A stretch of 64,000 bases of DNA from Macrostomum hystrix. Taxonomy: Eukaryota; Animalia; Platyhelminthes. Numbering within the stretch: position 1 is the stretch's first letter; each line of letters begins with the position of its first letter. Made by a program: the position numbers and the translations under genes. Below the pieces are notes generated by a model. It searched no databases. It was not told the DNA's origin and saw nothing but the letters and a program-made list of their open reading frames with translations. This document shows positions 61,528 through 64,000 of this stretch, one piece after another. Where the stretch lies: contig CATNEN010000038.1 of the NCBI GenBank assembly GCA_950097015.1, forward strand, positions 21,080,001 to 21,144,000. Direction: 5' to 3'.

Positions 61528-64000
61528 GCATCTCATCATTCATTCAGTGCCTGAAGTTTTCACTATGGAACAGGCATCTCATCATTCATTCAGTGCCTGA
61601 AGTTTTCACTATGGAACAGGCATCTCATCATTCATTCAGTGCCTGAAGTTTTCACTATGGAACAGGCATCTCATCATTCATTCATTGCCTGAAGTTTTCA
61701 CTATGGAACAGACATCTCATCATTCATTCATTGCCTGAAGTTTTCACTATGGAACAGGCATCTCATCATTCATTCAGTGCCTGAAGTTTTCACTATGGAA
61801 CAGGCATCTCATCATTCATTCATTGCCTGAAGTTTTCACTATGGAACAGGCATCTCATCATTCATTCAGTGCCTGAAGTTTTCACTATGGAACAGGCATC
61901 TCATCATTCATTCATTGCCTGAAGTTTTCACTATGGAACAGGCATCTCATCATTCATTCAGTGCCTGAAGTTTTCACTATGGAACAGGCATCTCATCATT
62001 CATTCAGTGCCTGAAGTTTTCACTATGGAACAGGCATCTCATCATTCATTCAGTGCCTGAAGTTTTCACTATGGAACAGGCATCTCATCATTCATTCAGT
62101 GCCTGAAGTTTTCACTATGGAACAGGCATCTCATCATTCATTCATTGCCTGAAGTTTTCACTATGGAACAGGCATCTCATCATTCATTCATTGCCTGAAG
62201 TTTTCACTATGGAACAGGCATCTCATCATTCATTCATTGCCTGAAGTTTTCACTATGGAACAGGCATCTCATCATTCATTCATTGCCTGAAGTTTTCACT
62301 ATGGAACAGGCATCTCATCATTCATTCAGTGCCTGAAGTTTTCACTATGGAACAGGCATCTCATCATTCATTCAGTGCCTGAAGTTTTCACTATGGAACA
62401 GGCATCTCATCATTCATTCAGTGCCTGAAGTTTTCACTATGGAACAGGCATCTCATCATTCATTCAGTGCCTGAAGTTTTCACTATGGAACAGGCATCTC
62501 ATCATTCATTCAGTGCCTGAAGTTTTCACTATGGAACAGGCATCTCATCATTCATTCATTGCCTGAAGTTTTCACTATGGAACAGGCATCTCATCATTCA
62601 TTCATTGCCTGAAGTTTTCACTATGGAACAGGCATCTCATCATTCATTCAGTGCCTGAAGTTTTCACTATGGAACAGGCATCTCATCATTCATTCAGTGC
62701 CTGAAGTTTTCACTATGGAACAGGCATCTCATCATTCATTCAGTGCCTGAAGTTTTCACTATGGAACAGGCATCTCATCATTCATTCAGTGCCTGAAGTT
62801 TTCACTATGGAACAGGCATCTCATCATTCATTCAGTGCCTGAAGTTTTCACTATGGAACAGGCATCTCATCATTCATTCATTGCCTGAAGTTTTCACTAT
62901 GGAACAGGCATCTCATCATTCATTCAGTGCCTGAAGTTTTCACTATGGAACAGGCATCTCATCATTCATTCAGTGCCTGAAGTTTTCACTATGGAACAGG
63001 CATCTCGTCATTCATTCAGTGCCTGAAGTTTTCACTATGGAACAGGCATCTCATCATTCATTCATTGCCTGAAGTTTTCACTATGGAACAGACATCTCAT
63101 CATTCATTCATTGCCTGAAGTTTTCACTATGGAACAGGCATCTCATCATTCATTCAGTGCCTGAAGTTTTCACTATGGAACAGACATCTCATCATTCATT
63201 CATTGCCTGAAGTTTTCACTATGGAACAGGCATCTCATCATTCATTCAGTGCCTGAAGTTTTCACTATGGAACAGGCATCTCATCATTCATTCAGTGCCT
63301 GAAGTTTTCACTATGGAACAGGCATCTCATCATTCATTCAGTGCCTGAAGTTTTCACTATGGAACAGGCATCTCATCATTCATTCATTGCCTGAAGTTTT
63401 CACTATGGAACAGGCATCTCATCATTCATTCATTGCCTGAAGTTTTCACTATGGAACAGGCATCTCATCATTCATTCATTGCCTGAAGTTTTCACTATGG
63501 AACAGGCATCTCATCATTCATTCATTGCCTGAAGTTTTCACTATGGAACAGGCATCTCATCATTCATTCATTGCCTGAAGTTTTCACTATGGAACAGGCA
63601 TCTCATCATTCATTCATTGCCTGAAGTTTTCACTATGGAACAGGCATCTCATCATTTATTCAGTGCCTGAAGTTTTCACTATGGAACAGACATCTCATCA
63701 TTCATTCAGTGCCTGAAGTTTTCACTATGGAACAGGCATCTCATCATTTATTCAGTGCCTGAAGTTTTCACTATGGAACAGGCATCTCATCATTCATTCA
63801 GTGCCTGAAGTTTTCACTATGGAACAGGCATCTCATCATTCATTCATTGCCTGAAGTTTTCACTATGGAACAGGCATCTCATCATTCATTCAGTGCCTGA
63901 AGTTTTCACTATGGAACAGGCATCTCATCATTCATTCAGTGCCTGAAGTTTTCACTATGGAACAGGCATCTCATCATTCATTCAGTGCCTGAAGTTTTCA
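61528..64000. repeat. 46-bp satellite GGCATCTCATCATTCATTCAGTGCCTGAAGTTTTCACTATGGAACA, ~54 copies, truncated by the window end
   Basis: Near-identical tandem units starting ~50 nt after the SBP2 exon 5 donor. Confidence 0.98.

Noticed and set aside
61528-64000. 46-bp repeats as CRISPR or a SECIS array next to the SBP2 gene
   Set aside because: No spacers, and no AUGA..AA..GA kink-turn stem is evident; it is an ordinary intronic satellite.

Overview
Eukaryotic (animal) genomic DNA with spliced genes, AT-rich introns and a very high load of intronic mini/microsatellites. The Ala/Ser/Gln-rich exons, gene content and repeat landscape suggest a free-living flatworm such as Macrostomum (inference, not demonstrable here). 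Most ORFs in the supplied track are repeat artefacts. By joining GT-AG exons by hand I reconstruct 11 genes: an intronless PAN + C-type lectin; an unnamed coiled-coil gene; CCDC92/74-like, CCDC14-like and strongly diverged CCDC39-like coiled-coil genes; a family-B (methuselah/adhesion-like) GPCR; a diverged and a canonical phospholipid scramblase; two GLIPR2/GAPR-1-type CAP genes; and the 5' part of a SECIS-binding protein 2 gene. Two tRNA-headed SINE families are present, one with a CORE-like domain, including a nested insertion with a target-site duplication. The most notable non-coding signal is a type I hammerhead ribozyme motif with a minimal palindromic stem III at the tip of a ~117-nt hairpin, sense-oriented in intron 3 of the CCDC39-like gene. 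Other signals are a 9.65-kb intronic satellite with higher-order structure, arrays that abut or overlap splice/start signals, and sharply CpG-depleted ~1-kb tracts at the 5' end of two genes. All homology calls are from recalled motifs, not database searches.
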